NCBI GenBank assembly: GCA_964639325.1
Contig: CAZXDO010000024.1
Span: 1 to 43,647 of the forward strand
Source of the DNA: an uncultured Candidatus Saccharibacteria bacterium
GTDB taxonomy: Bacteria > Patescibacteriota > Minisyncoccia > UBA6257 > GWB1-50-10
DNA length: 43,647 nt
Direction of reading: 5' to 3'
A model generated the notes under the pieces. That model was not told where the DNA came from. It did not search any database and worked only from the letters and a program-made list of their open reading frames with translations. Within the stretch, counting starts at the first letter, position 1. Every line of letters starts with the position of its first letter. Below are positions 16,117 to 25,300 of this stretch, one piece after another. The position numbers and the translations under genes are program-made.

Positions 16117-16974
16117 CTATAAAGAATCTATTTTACCCCCTAATGTTTGAAGCTGTTTTAAGGCTTCTTCTGCTTCTTTCCTGCTGGGCGGTTTTCCGTG
16201 CCAATGAAAATCCCTTTCCATAAAATCAACCCCTCTTCCGGGAATAGTATGGGCAATAATTACGCTCGGCTTTTCGTAAATTGCTTGGGCTTCCGTAACC
16301 GCGTCAACAAAAGCTTCAATATTATGCCCATCAACCTCAATGACGTGCCAATTAAAAGCGAGGTATTTATTTCGAAGAGGCTCCAAGGGCATTATATCTT
16401 CCGTAAACCCATCAATTTGAATATTGTTTCTGTCAACTACCACAATAAGGCGGTGCATATCATACTTTTTATTTCCGGCATACATTACCGCCTCCCACCA
16501 ATTTCCTTCCTGATGCTCCCCGTCAGAAGAGATTACATAAGTCCAAAATTTTTCTTCATTTATATTAGAAGCCAAAATTATTCCAATAGCAGTTGAAAGC
16601 CCTAAACCTAAAGGTCCGGAAGTAGTTTCCAAACCGGGCAAGGCCAGGCGATGAGGATGTCCTTGAAGGCGGCTATTCATTTTTCTCAAAGTTTTTAATT
16701 CTTCTATTGGAAAATAACCGGCGTAAGCCATAGCTGCATATAAGGCAGGAGCAACATGGCCGTTAGAAACTATTAAACGGTCTCTTTCGGGCCAATCAGG
16801 ATTTTCCGGATCAAATTTCAAAATGTGAAAATAAAGAGCAGTAAAAATATCAGCCAAACCCAAAGAACCGGCAGAATGGCCGGAGCCGGCTTCAAGCAAA
16901 GATTCAATAACACTCCGGCGGATTAAATTTGCCTTCTCTTCCAAAACTTTTAATTTTTCATCATTTAATATCAT
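16117..16974 (-). CDS. tkt: Transketolase, N-terminal (TPP-binding) subunit
   Basis: GSGHSAGSLG, SNGHVAPALYA, SSDGEHQEGNWWEA. Confidence 0.85.
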   Translation of the reverse strand: MILNDEKLKVLEEKANLIRRSVIESLLEAGSGHSAGSLGLADIFTALYFHILKFDPENPDWPERDRLIVSNGHVAPALYAAMAYAGYFPIEELKTLRKMNSRLQGHPHRLALPGLETTSGPLGLGLSTAIGIILASNINEEKFWTYVISSDGEHQEGNWWEAVMYAGNKKYDMHRLIVVVDRNNIQIDGFTEDIMPLEPLRNKYLAFNWHVIEVDGHNIEAFVDAVTEAQAIYEKPSVIIAHTIPGRGVDFMERDFHWHGKPPSRKEAEEALKQLQTLGGKIDSL

Positions 16975-16979
16975 AAAAA

Positions 16980-17624
16980 CTAAACTAATGATTTCAGCAT
17001 TTTATACTTTTGAATCGGGTTGGGAGAATCAAAAATAAAAGAACCAACTGCTACCATATTTATTCCTTCCTCCTTTAATTTTTTAACAATTCTATTATCA
17101 ACTCCTCCATCAATTTCAATTATAACTCCCGGAGCTTTTTCTAACAAAGTATTAATTTTAAAAATAATGTCTTTTTGAAAATCCTGTCCGGAAGGACCGG
17201 GAGAAACTGCTAAAAGCTGAACCAAGTTAGTTTTTGAAAGATAAGGAAATATTTCCTCAACCGGTGTTTCAGGAAAAAGAGATACCATTAATTCCGCTCC
17301 GTATTTTTGGCAAAGTAAAGAAAGTTCGTCAAAATTAAAGTCTGATTCTATATGCACAATTATTCTATCTACCCCGGCCTCAAGCCACCGATGAACTAAC
17401 TTTGCGGGTTCTTTTACCATAAGATGGACTTCAATATAAAAATTTAAATTTTCAACTCCTATTTCATTAATAAACTCTTCCGGGTCGTTCCAACTTTCAA
17501 AACCGCAAAAACTTTTCTCTGAAACATCAATCTGAACCCAGCCCACTTCAAAATCCTTAGCGATTTCGAGCCGCCGCTTTACACACTCTAAATTTTCACA
17601 GTTAATAGTCGGTATTATTTCCAT
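16980..17624 (-). CDS. rpe: Ribulose-phosphate 3-epimerase-like protein
   Basis: IEVHLMV, IEIDGGV and a TIM-barrel-like length. It sits in a PPP context and is divergent. The ATG at 17624 is preferred over the TTG at 17636. Confidence 0.6.
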   Translation of the reverse strand: MEIIPTINCENLECVKRRLEIAKDFEVGWVQIDVSEKSFCGFESWNDPEEFINEIGVENLNFYIEVHLMVKEPAKLVHRWLEAGVDRIIVHIESDFNFDELSLLCQKYGAELMVSLFPETPVEEIFPYLSKTNLVQLLAVSPGPSGQDFQKDIIFKINTLLEKAPGVIIEIDGGVDNRIVKKLKEEGINMVAVGSFIFDSPNPIQKYKMLKSLV

Positions 17625-17646
17625 AAAAATCAGCAATTAAAAAACA

Positions 17647-18111
17647 CTAAACCTCTCTTGAAATTTCAGATTCAACATTATAAATTTTTTGCAATCTTCT
17701 CACGTGCCGACTCTCCCCTGAAAAAGGAGTCTCCAGCCAAGTAACAACTATACCTTTTGCTTTCTCTCGAGAAAGGTAATTTGAAGGAAGGGATAAAATA
17801 TTGGTATCATCATCATTTCTAGAATCATAAGCCTGGTTAGAATTGAAAGCTAAAGCTGAACGGATGTTTTTAAATTTATTAGCTACAATATCAACTCCTA
17901 CTCCGGAACCGCACACCAAAATACCTCGAGAATTCTCATAGCCCTGGCTAACCCGCCTTGCCACCTCTTTAGCGAAATCGGGATAATCATCATCAGCCTC
18001 ATATTCCTTGTTTCCCAAATCCGCCACTTCATAACCCATTGACTTAACTAAACCTTCAATATATTCCTTTAGCTCAAAACCTTGATGATCTGCTCCAAGA
18101 TAAATAATCAT
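17647..18111 (-). CDS. rpiB: Ribose-5-phosphate isomerase B
   Basis: GADHQGFELK, VCGSGVGVDIVANK. Confidence 0.85.
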   Translation of the reverse strand: MIIYLGADHQGFELKEYIEGLVKSMGYEVADLGNKEYEADDDYPDFAKEVARRVSQGYENSRGILVCGSGVGVDIVANKFKNIRSALAFNSNQAYDSRNDDDTNILSLPSNYLSREKAKGIVVTWLETPFSGESRHVRRLQKIYNVESEISREV

Positions 18112-18152
18112 AATAATATTTTAACGTATTTTCTTTTTAAATTCACACACTC

Positions 18153-19535
18153 TTACAAACCAAAATTATTTTCCAACCATTTTATAATATTTTTCACATC
18201 ACTTTCCCTATTTTCTGAATCTAAAACTCCTATAAAGAAATATCTGGGAATATTATCTTTTTCAAATTTCCAAACAGAAGCATATGTTTTACCGGCTGAA
18301 GAGGACTCTCCATTTTTTGCTCCAACAAGACGAGGGTCGTCGCTAAATTCATTAAAAGTTTCAATTCCGGAAAAAACATTTGAACCAAAAATAGAATAAT
18401 CCTTCCCTTTAGAAATATCATAAATAAAACGCCGCTTCTCCAAAATATATTTTGCCATCTTTAAAACGTCGTGAAGAGTAGAAATATTTCCTGCCTCAAC
18501 ACCGCCGGGGTCAACAAATTTAGTTTCTGTCATATTAAGGGACTCTGCCTTTTTATTCATCTGATAAACAAAATATTCCTCCCCCATCATTGAAGCAATA
18601 GCTCTTCCTGCTCCGTTGGAGGACTGGGCAAGAAGCGGATACAGCATATCAAAAGCTTTATAACTCTTCCCCGCCGAAAGAGGATAACTCTGAACAGAAT
18701 CTTTTAGCATTTCCGGTGTAATAATAACTTCTCTCTCTAGATATATAAGCTCGCTAGCCACTGTTGCTGTCATCAATTTAGCAAGAGAAGCTATAGGCAT
18801 AACAGAATCAGAATTTTTGTTTAAAATAGTTTCGCCGGTATCCAAATCCCCCACTAAAACTGCTTCAGCTGAAACCTGAGGAACTTTCGCAACAGAATCC
18901 AATGGTACAACCTTTGAATAAAGAGATGGTTTTTCTTCCTTGTCATAAACCAAAATAGGCATCCCTTTCTCCGCAAAATTAAAAACCTCCTCAACATTTT
19001 CATCTTTTAGGCGAATACAACCACCGGAATAACCGTCGGGGACCGGTTCTCCATTAGAATAATAAGGACGACCGTGAATAAAAAAGTTGCCGTAAAACTG
19101 GATACTCCAAGGCATCCAAACTTCTCCAATTGAAGAAAAATGGTTAATTTCCTTATTTAAAGCAGTATAAAATCCTGTGGGAGTTTCCCACCAACTTCCT
19201 TCTTTTCCTTTGCTTAAAACCTCAAAAGAATCTTTCTCCTTTCCTTTGTCGTACAAAAACATTTTCATACCTTCCAAATCAATCGCTATAAAACTTTTTT
19301 CCTCCTCTATCAATTCATTCTTTTTATCCATAAAGGTTCCCTGCCCATTTCTCCCTTGATTACCATCAACAAAAAAGGTTTGGTTGTAACCGGTTTGATA
19401 AACTTTTGTTTCGGGAGTTTTTTCTTTCACCAACTCTTTATTCTTTACCCATAATTTCAAATTGAAACCCATTGAAATAACGAGAAGGAGTAAAAGAAAT
19501 AATGAAATACCTAAATATATATAACGCTGTTTCAT
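18153..19535 (-). CDS. Fusion of an L,D-transpeptidase (YkuD) domain and a D-alanyl-D-alanine carboxypeptidase (S11) domain
   Basis: N-terminal TM segment. YkuD motif FFIHGRP..SGGCIRL. S11 motifs ASLAKLMT (SxxK), SSNGAGRA (SxN) and KNG (KTG-like). Confidence 0.75.
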   Translation of the reverse strand: MKQRYIYLGISLFLLLLLVISMGFNLKLWVKNKELVKEKTPETKVYQTGYNQTFFVDGNQGRNGQGTFMDKKNELIEEEKSFIAIDLEGMKMFLYDKGKEKDSFEVLSKGKEGSWWETPTGFYTALNKEINHFSSIGEVWMPWSIQFYGNFFIHGRPYYSNGEPVPDGYSGGCIRLKDENVEEVFNFAEKGMPILVYDKEEKPSLYSKVVPLDSVAKVPQVSAEAVLVGDLDTGETILNKNSDSVMPIASLAKLMTATVASELIYLEREVIITPEMLKDSVQSYPLSAGKSYKAFDMLYPLLAQSSNGAGRAIASMMGEEYFVYQMNKKAESLNMTETKFVDPGGVEAGNISTLHDVLKMAKYILEKRRFIYDISKGKDYSIFGSNVFSGIETFNEFSDDPRLVGAKNGESSSAGKTYASVWKFEKDNIPRYFFIGVLDSENRESDVKNIIKWLENNFGL

Positions 19536-19609
19536 TAAGAAAATAATAACATAAGAAAAGGCAAAAAACGTCTTAATAATTTCTTGCCTAATTTTTTAAT
19601 AAATAGAAA

Positions 19610-19643
19610 CTCAATTCATATCACGACCGTGATATGAATTGAG
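19610..19643. repeat. 34-bp perfect palindrome, left copy
   Basis: ctcaattcatatcacg-ac-cgtgatatgaattgag. It ends 2 nt from the stop codon of the PaaX-like gene. Confidence 0.9.
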
Positions 19644-19645
19644 CA

Positions 19646-20227
19646 CTAAATCTTCTTTTCCAAAGTCCCTTTTTTATTTACAGAAAATATTTCCACATAA
19701 GGTGCTATATTTAATAATTTTAAATCACCCAAAAAATTACTGGATATTTTTTTACTGCCAATCCACACACTGCCCTGAAGAAGTTCAAAACCCATATTAT
19801 TTAAAGCCGATCTTAACCAATCTCTTTTCCACCTTTCCTTTTCAGGCACATCAAATATAACTATAACGACCCCGTCAATCTTTTTTTCTTCGTAATTATT
19901 CTTTCCAAATCTAGCCCTCAAAAAACTTTTTTTCTTGTTGCCTAACTTGGTTAAAGTCCATCCATTAGTGTTCTTCTCTACTAATCCTTGTTTTTTTAAC
20001 TCACTAAGCGTGGAATAAACTGTCTGCTTTTCTTTTCTTATTTTTTCCTTTTTACTTTCATAAACTGCTGAAGTTCCTGAAATTTTCCTCCTCATTTTTT
20101 TATAAGATTCATTATACCCGCTTGTTGCTATATCAATTATTTCTGCAGTAGTTTTTATCCCTTCTTCCAAAAACTCCATTAATTCTAATCTTCTTTTGGT
20201 ATTCCTCATATATATTAAAAAAGTCAT
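19646..20227 (-). CDS. PaaX-like regulator: winged HTH plus a Cas2-like ferredoxin-fold domain
   Basis: wHTH segment VYSTLSELKKQGLVEK..GWTLTKLG. Cas2/PaaX-middle-like segment VVIVIFDVPEKERWKRDWLRSALNNMGFELLQGSVWIG. The true start may be M7 (20209). Confidence 0.6.
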   Translation of the reverse strand: MTFLIYMRNTKRRLELMEFLEEGIKTTAEIIDIATSGYNESYKKMRRKISGTSAVYESKKEKIRKEKQTVYSTLSELKKQGLVEKNTNGWTLTKLGNKKKSFLRARFGKNNYEEKKIDGVVIVIFDVPEKERWKRDWLRSALNNMGFELLQGSVWIGSKKISSNFLGDLKLLNIAPYVEIFSVNKKGTLEKKI

Positions 20228-20230
20228 TAA

Positions 20231-20264
20231 CTCAATTCATATCACGGTCGTGATATGAATTGAG
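20231..20264. repeat. 34-bp perfect palindrome, right copy
   Basis: ctcaattcatatcacg-gt-cgtgatatgaattgag. The arms are identical to the left copy and the central dinucleotide is reverse-complemented. It lies 3 nt upstream of the annotated ATG. Confidence 0.9.
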
Positions 20265-20317
20265 CAATAAATTTTTCCCAACTTTATTACTTTCTGACAA
20301 TCTACTTCTTTTTTTAC

Positions 20318-21325
20318 CTATAACAACTTTGATGCCCTCACTACGTGTTTAAGCAAGGTTGATGCATAACCAAATTCATTATCGTACCAAGACAAAACTT
20401 TTACCAAATTTCCTCCAACCACTCTCGTAAAAGAAAGGTCAACAATAGCGCCATAGGGCTCACCTATAATATCTGAAGAAACAATAGGTTCATCGGTTGC
20501 CTTCAAAACACCTTCCCATCTGGGGTCAGCTGCTGCTTTTTTAAAAACTTTGTTTACTTCTTCCACGCTTGTATCTCTTTTAGAAATAAAAGTAATATCA
20601 GCTATAGATCCGGCTATTACCGGAACTCTTAAGGCAATTCCATCAAATTTTCCTTCCATTTCCGGAATAGCCTTAGCAACGGCCTTAGCCGCTCCGGTTG
20701 TCGAGGGAATGATGTTTTGGGCAGCTGCCCGCCCTCTTCTTACCTTAGAACCCTTAGGGGCCACATCTACAATATTCTGAGAAGACGTATATCCATGAAC
20801 GGTGTTTAATATTGCTTTTTCAATTCCAATTTCTTCATCAATAACTTTAATCACGGGAGAAGCTGCGTTTGTAGTACAAGAAGCATTTGAAGAAAGAGGA
20901 AATTCTTCAAGGCCGTTTTCATTTATCCCCATAAGAACAGTTACTCCTTCGTCACCTTCTGAAGGGGCAGTAATTACCACTCTCTTTGCTCCGGCTTCTA
21001 TGTGTTTTTTAGCTTTTTGATATTCAGTGAAAACTCCCGTAGATTCAACCACAATATCAATTCCTAAATCACCCCAAGGGAGATTTTCCGGGTCTTTTTC
21101 TTGAAAACATTTTATTTCCTTTTCAGCAACAACAAGATTCTCATTTTTTATTTCCACTTCCCTAGAAAAACGTCCGTAAACGGTATCGTATTTCAAAAGA
21201 TAAGCAAGGGTTTCTATATTTCCCAAATCGTTAATTGCTAAAACGTCAACATCTTTATTCTCTAAGGCAAGGCGAAAGAACAAACGGCCGATCCGCCCAA
21301 AACCATTTATTGCTACTTTTGTCAT
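20318..21325 (-). CDS. gap: Glyceraldehyde-3-phosphate dehydrogenase
   Basis: INGFGRIGR and the SCTTNA active site. Confidence 0.92.
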   Translation of the reverse strand: MTKVAINGFGRIGRLFFRLALENKDVDVLAINDLGNIETLAYLLKYDTVYGRFSREVEIKNENLVVAEKEIKCFQEKDPENLPWGDLGIDIVVESTGVFTEYQKAKKHIEAGAKRVVITAPSEGDEGVTVLMGINENGLEEFPLSSNASCTTNAASPVIKVIDEEIGIEKAILNTVHGYTSSQNIVDVAPKGSKVRRGRAAAQNIIPSTTGAAKAVAKAIPEMEGKFDGIALRVPVIAGSIADITFISKRDTSVEEVNKVFKKAAADPRWEGVLKATDEPIVSSDIIGEPYGAIVDLSFTRVVGGNLVKVLSWYDNEFGYASTLLKHVVRASKLL

Positions 21326-21352
21326 AATTATTATTTTATTGAAACTTTTTCT

Positions 21353-21877
21353 TTATTGTAACAAAAAAGTTACTATTTGGTTAATTAACTTTCCTTCGTT
21401 TGGAATAACTCTTTTCACCTCTACCATATCTCCAATCTCAGCATCTAGAATATCTATCCTTCCTCCTCTAATTTCTAAAAAGGCGTCAATTGGTTGAGGT
21501 GAGCGATAAAGGGTTAATTCGCTATCGTTTTTATCTTCCTCGGGCATAACCCTTTCTTCGAAACCAACAATTTTTCCATCTGAAATCCAAACAACGTCAA
21601 TTGGAATTCTCATTCCTTTCATCCAAAAAGAGTAATAACCCGTTTCTTTAAAAGTAAAAAGCATTCCTTCGTTTACTCCCATATAACTTCTTCCGGCCAA
21701 TCCCTTTCTTTTTTTGAGAACCGTATCGGCAACATCGGCGTATATTATTTGGTCGCCTATAAAAACAAGAGCTTTTTTTTCAATCTCTTTCACTTTTTGA
21801 ACTGAAGGAACTATTAAAACAATTGCCGCCAAAGAAAAACCGACAACTAAAAAAACTAATTTCATTATCTTCGACAT
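21353..21877 (-). CDS. DUF192-family protein with a signal/anchor sequence
   Basis: GLAGRSYMGVNEGMLFTF..FWMKGMRIPIDVVWI. The ATG at 21877 is preferred over the TTG at 21919. Confidence 0.65.
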   Translation of the reverse strand: MSKIMKLVFLVVGFSLAAIVLIVPSVQKVKEIEKKALVFIGDQIIYADVADTVLKKRKGLAGRSYMGVNEGMLFTFKETGYYSFWMKGMRIPIDVVWISDGKIVGFEERVMPEEDKNDSELTLYRSPQPIDAFLEIRGGRIDILDAEIGDMVEVKRVIPNEGKLINQIVTFLLQ

Positions 21878-21967
21878 TTTTATAAAAATAATCGTTAACT
21901 GTAACCGACAAAATACCAAACCTACTAAATTAGTATAACACGACTATGATTATTTTTTTAAAACAAA

Positions 21968-21990
21968 AAGGGAAGTATAAATCTTCCCTT
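21968..21990 (-). terminator. Intrinsic terminator
   Basis: aagggaag-tataaat-cttccctt, followed on the minus strand by TTTGTTTT. Confidence 0.55.
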
Positions 21991-21993
21991 AAA

Positions 21994-22191
21994 TTAAATA
22001 ACTTTAGACTTTAAATCTAACTGCAATAACTCATCTCCTACGCTTTCAAAATTATCAAAAGAATGAACAACTATTTTCTTAACTCTCCCTGTTTTTGAAA
22101 TTTTTAAATGCAGTTCAGCTCCACACTCAGAACACCTTAACCAAGGCCTAACTTCAATAATTTCGCTTTCACAAACCGGACACTTTGCCAT
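21994..22191 (-). CDS. Small zinc-ribbon protein
   Basis: CPVC..x14..CSEC at the N-terminus; 65 aa; no further assignment. Confidence 0.5.
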   Translation of the reverse strand: MAKCPVCESEIIEVRPWLRCSECGAELHLKISKTGRVKKIVVHSFDNFESVGDELLQLDLKSKVI

Positions 22192-22272
22192 AATTTCTCC
22201 TTTCTTTTTTGGTTATAAAAATACTGTTTGAGATTATACCAAAATAGCAAAAAACGTCAATAAGAAAGGAAC

Positions 22273-22301
22273 TTGCTAGTAAAAAATATAAAGGGCATAA
22301 T
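22273..22301 (+). promoter_or_regulatory. Putative dnaE promoter
   Basis: TTGCTA (22273-22278), N17 spacer, CATAAT (22296-22301). Confidence 0.35.
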
Positions 22302-22323
22302 CTAAAGTAGAAAAACTTTATTT

Positions 22324-25300
22324 ATGAACAAATTTACTCACTTACACGTACACTCCCATTACTCCATGTTAGATGGGCTGTCAAAAATTGAAGATATTGT
22401 TAAAAAAACTAAAGAACATGGAATGAAAGCCGTGGCCTTAACCGACCACGGTAACCTCTATGGTGCTATCGAATTTTATAAAAAAGCAAAAGCGGAAAAC
22501 ATCAAGCCAATTATGGGTCTTGAAGCGTATTACGCTCCGGAAAGCCGGAAAAAAAAGGATAAAACAAGTAGAAACCGCTACCACCTCACTCTTTTGGCAA
22601 AAAACAATACCGGCTGGAAAAACCTTCTTCAACTAGTTACCATATCAAACCTTGAAGGCTTTTATTACAAACCCCGCATTGACGACGAACTCCTTGAAAA
22701 ATATCACGAAGGGTTAATCTGTCTTTCCGGATGTATTTCCGGAGAAATTCCTTCTCTTGTTAAAAAGGAAAAAAAAGAAAAAGCAGAAAAAAGAGCAAAA
22801 TGGTTTAAATCCTTGTTCGGTGACGATTATTACATAGAACTCCAGAAAAACTATTCCGAACTTCATGAGGAATTGAAAAAACTTGCCAAGAAAATAGGTA
22901 GTAAAGTAGTGGCTACACAAGATTCCCATTACATTAATAAAGAAGATAAAGACGCCCACGAAATTCTTCTTGCCGTCCAAACAAAAAATGTAATTGAAAG
23001 TGATGATAGAATGTCCCTAAAAGATTTTGACCTTCATTTTGCCTCTACTGAAGAAATGACTGAATATTTCAAAGACACTCCGGAAGCAATAAAAACAACA
23101 GAAGAAATTGTTGATAAATGTAATGTTGAAATAAAACTTGGAGAAAACAAAATTCCTAAATTTGAAACACCAAATGGAGAAACTACCCAAGAATATCTTA
23201 CCAAACTAGCCAAAGAAGGGCTTTCTAAAAGATATGAAAAAGTTACTCCGGAGATTAAAGATCGCCTTAAAGCTGAGCTGGAAGTTATTAAAAAAACCGG
23301 CTTCGCCGATTACTTCTTAATCGTCCAAGATTTTGTCCAATGGGCTAAAAAAAGAGACATTGTGGTCGGTCCGGGAAGGGGTTCGGCTGCCGGAAGTTTA
23401 GTTTCTTACTCTATCGGCATTACCAATATTGACCCACTAAAATACGACCTCCTTTTTGAAAGATTTTTAAACCCTGAAAGGGTTCAAGTTCCCGATATTG
23501 ATATTGATTTTACTGATACAAGACGCGATGAAGTTATTGCTTACGTCCGTGAAAAATACGGCCAAAAAAACGTAGCTCAAATCATTACCTTTGGAACTAT
23601 GGCTGCTAGAGCTGCTATTCGTGATACCGGACGGGCCCTGGGATATTCATACGGATTTTGTGACAGAGTAGCCAAACTTATCCCCTTCCAAACAAACATC
23701 AAAGAAGCTCTTGATTCGGTTGATGAGCTTAAAGAAATGTACGAAACCGAAGAACAAGTTAAAAAATTAATTGACTCGGCCCTAAAACTGGAAGGAGTTG
23801 TCCGCCATGCTTCAGTTCATGCCTGCGGAGTAGTAATTTCTCCTAAACCCCTTCCCAACTATGTTCCTCTCCAAAAAGCTCCCCAAGGAGAAGACGCTAT
23901 TATTACCCAATTTGAAATGCATAGCGTGGAAGATCTCGGTATCCTTAAAATGGACTTTTTAGGACTCAAAAACCTCACTATTATAGAAGAAACTCTCCAA
24001 AGCATAAAAGAACAGCACAACAAAGAGATAGATATCAATAAAATACCTCTGGACGACAGAAAGACTTATCGACTCCTTCAAAAAGGTTTAACCGTAGGTG
24101 TTTTTCAGTTGGAAGGCCAAGGTATGCAACGTTATCTCAAAAAACTTCTCCCTTCTGAATTTGAAGACATTATCGCCATGGTTTCCCTTTATCGTCCCGG
24201 ACCCATGGAACTTATCCCTCACTACATAAAAAGGAAGTTTGGTGAAGAAAATGTTACTTTTCTTCATCCTAAACTTGAACCAATTCTCTCCCCTACTTAT
24301 GGCATAGGAATTTACCAAGAACAAATGATGAGAATAGCCCGAAACCTGGCCGGATATTCTCTTGGAGAGGCCGATGTTCTTCGAAAAGCGATTGGTAAAA
24401 AAATAAAATCACTCCTTGATAAGCAAAAAGTAAAACTTATAGAAGGAATGATAAAAAACGGCATTGAAGAAAAAACCGCTAAAAAAATATGGGACCTCTT
24501 TCCTCCCTTCGCCCGTTATGGTTTTAACAGATGTTTAACAGGGGATACTAAAATATACAACCCGGAAACCGGCAGTTTGGATGAAATAAAGGAAATCCAC
24601 CGGAAAGGAAAAGGGACGGTAGCCTCCATAAAAGAAAACTTTAAACTCGCAAAATACCCTGCTACCAAAACCTACTACAACGGAAAAAAGAAAGTTTGGA
24701 AAATAACTACCAAAAGTGGAAGAGAGATAACCGCTACCCCCAACCACCCCTTCTATACCGAAAGCGGCTGGCAAAATCTTGAAAACATAAAGGAAGGCGA
24801 TCGCCTTGCCGTCCCCCGCACACTTCCCGAACCAAAAAAGACAAAACCGGTAAAAAAACACAAACTTGCTCTTCTCGGCTACCTTATAGCAGAAGGGAAT
24901 CTCTGTCACCCCCACGGATTTTACTTCTACTCCAAAGAGGAAAACGAAATAAAGGACTATATTAAAAACCTGGAGAAATTCAAAAACACTGTTGGAAGAA
25001 TAGACCGAAGCAAATCCGCTGCCTCAGTCTACTCTAAAAGAAAGAATGTAAAAGAAAAATCGGAAGCCGTTGAATGGATTAATTCTCTGAGCATTAAAAA
25101 CAAAATTGCCATTGAAAAGAAATTCCCTGACTTTGTTTTTAACCTTTCCAACAAAGACCTTTCTATCTTAATCAGCAAAATGTTCCAAGGCGACGGATGC
25201 ATAAATAACAAGCGAGATCCTCAAATATTCTACGCCACCTCCTCAAAAAAACTGGCTAAAGAGCTCCAACACCTCCTTCTCCGTTTTAATATTCTCTCCA

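Noticed and set aside
19646-20227. CRISPR-Cas remnant suggested by the Cas2-like domain.
   Set aside because: The window has no repeat-spacer array, cas1 or other cas genes. The wHTH plus Cas2-like architecture fits PaaX-like regulators instead.
19610-20264. REPtron, IS200/IS605 or integron-cassette interpretation of the flanking palindromes.
   Set aside because: The enclosed protein has no HUH/Tyr transposase motifs. The palindromes lack the attC R'/R'' GTTRRRY core. No integrase is nearby. The idea is kept only as a generic mobile-cassette hypothesis.
22192-22323. Replication origin at the switch from minus-strand to plus-strand genes, or at the DnaA boxes.
   Set aside because: There is no DnaA box cluster, AT-rich 13-mer array or dnaA/dnaN gene here. 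Gene orientation flips again at 29.8 kb, 36 kb and 38.5 kb. The four DnaA boxes are isolated and kilobases apart.
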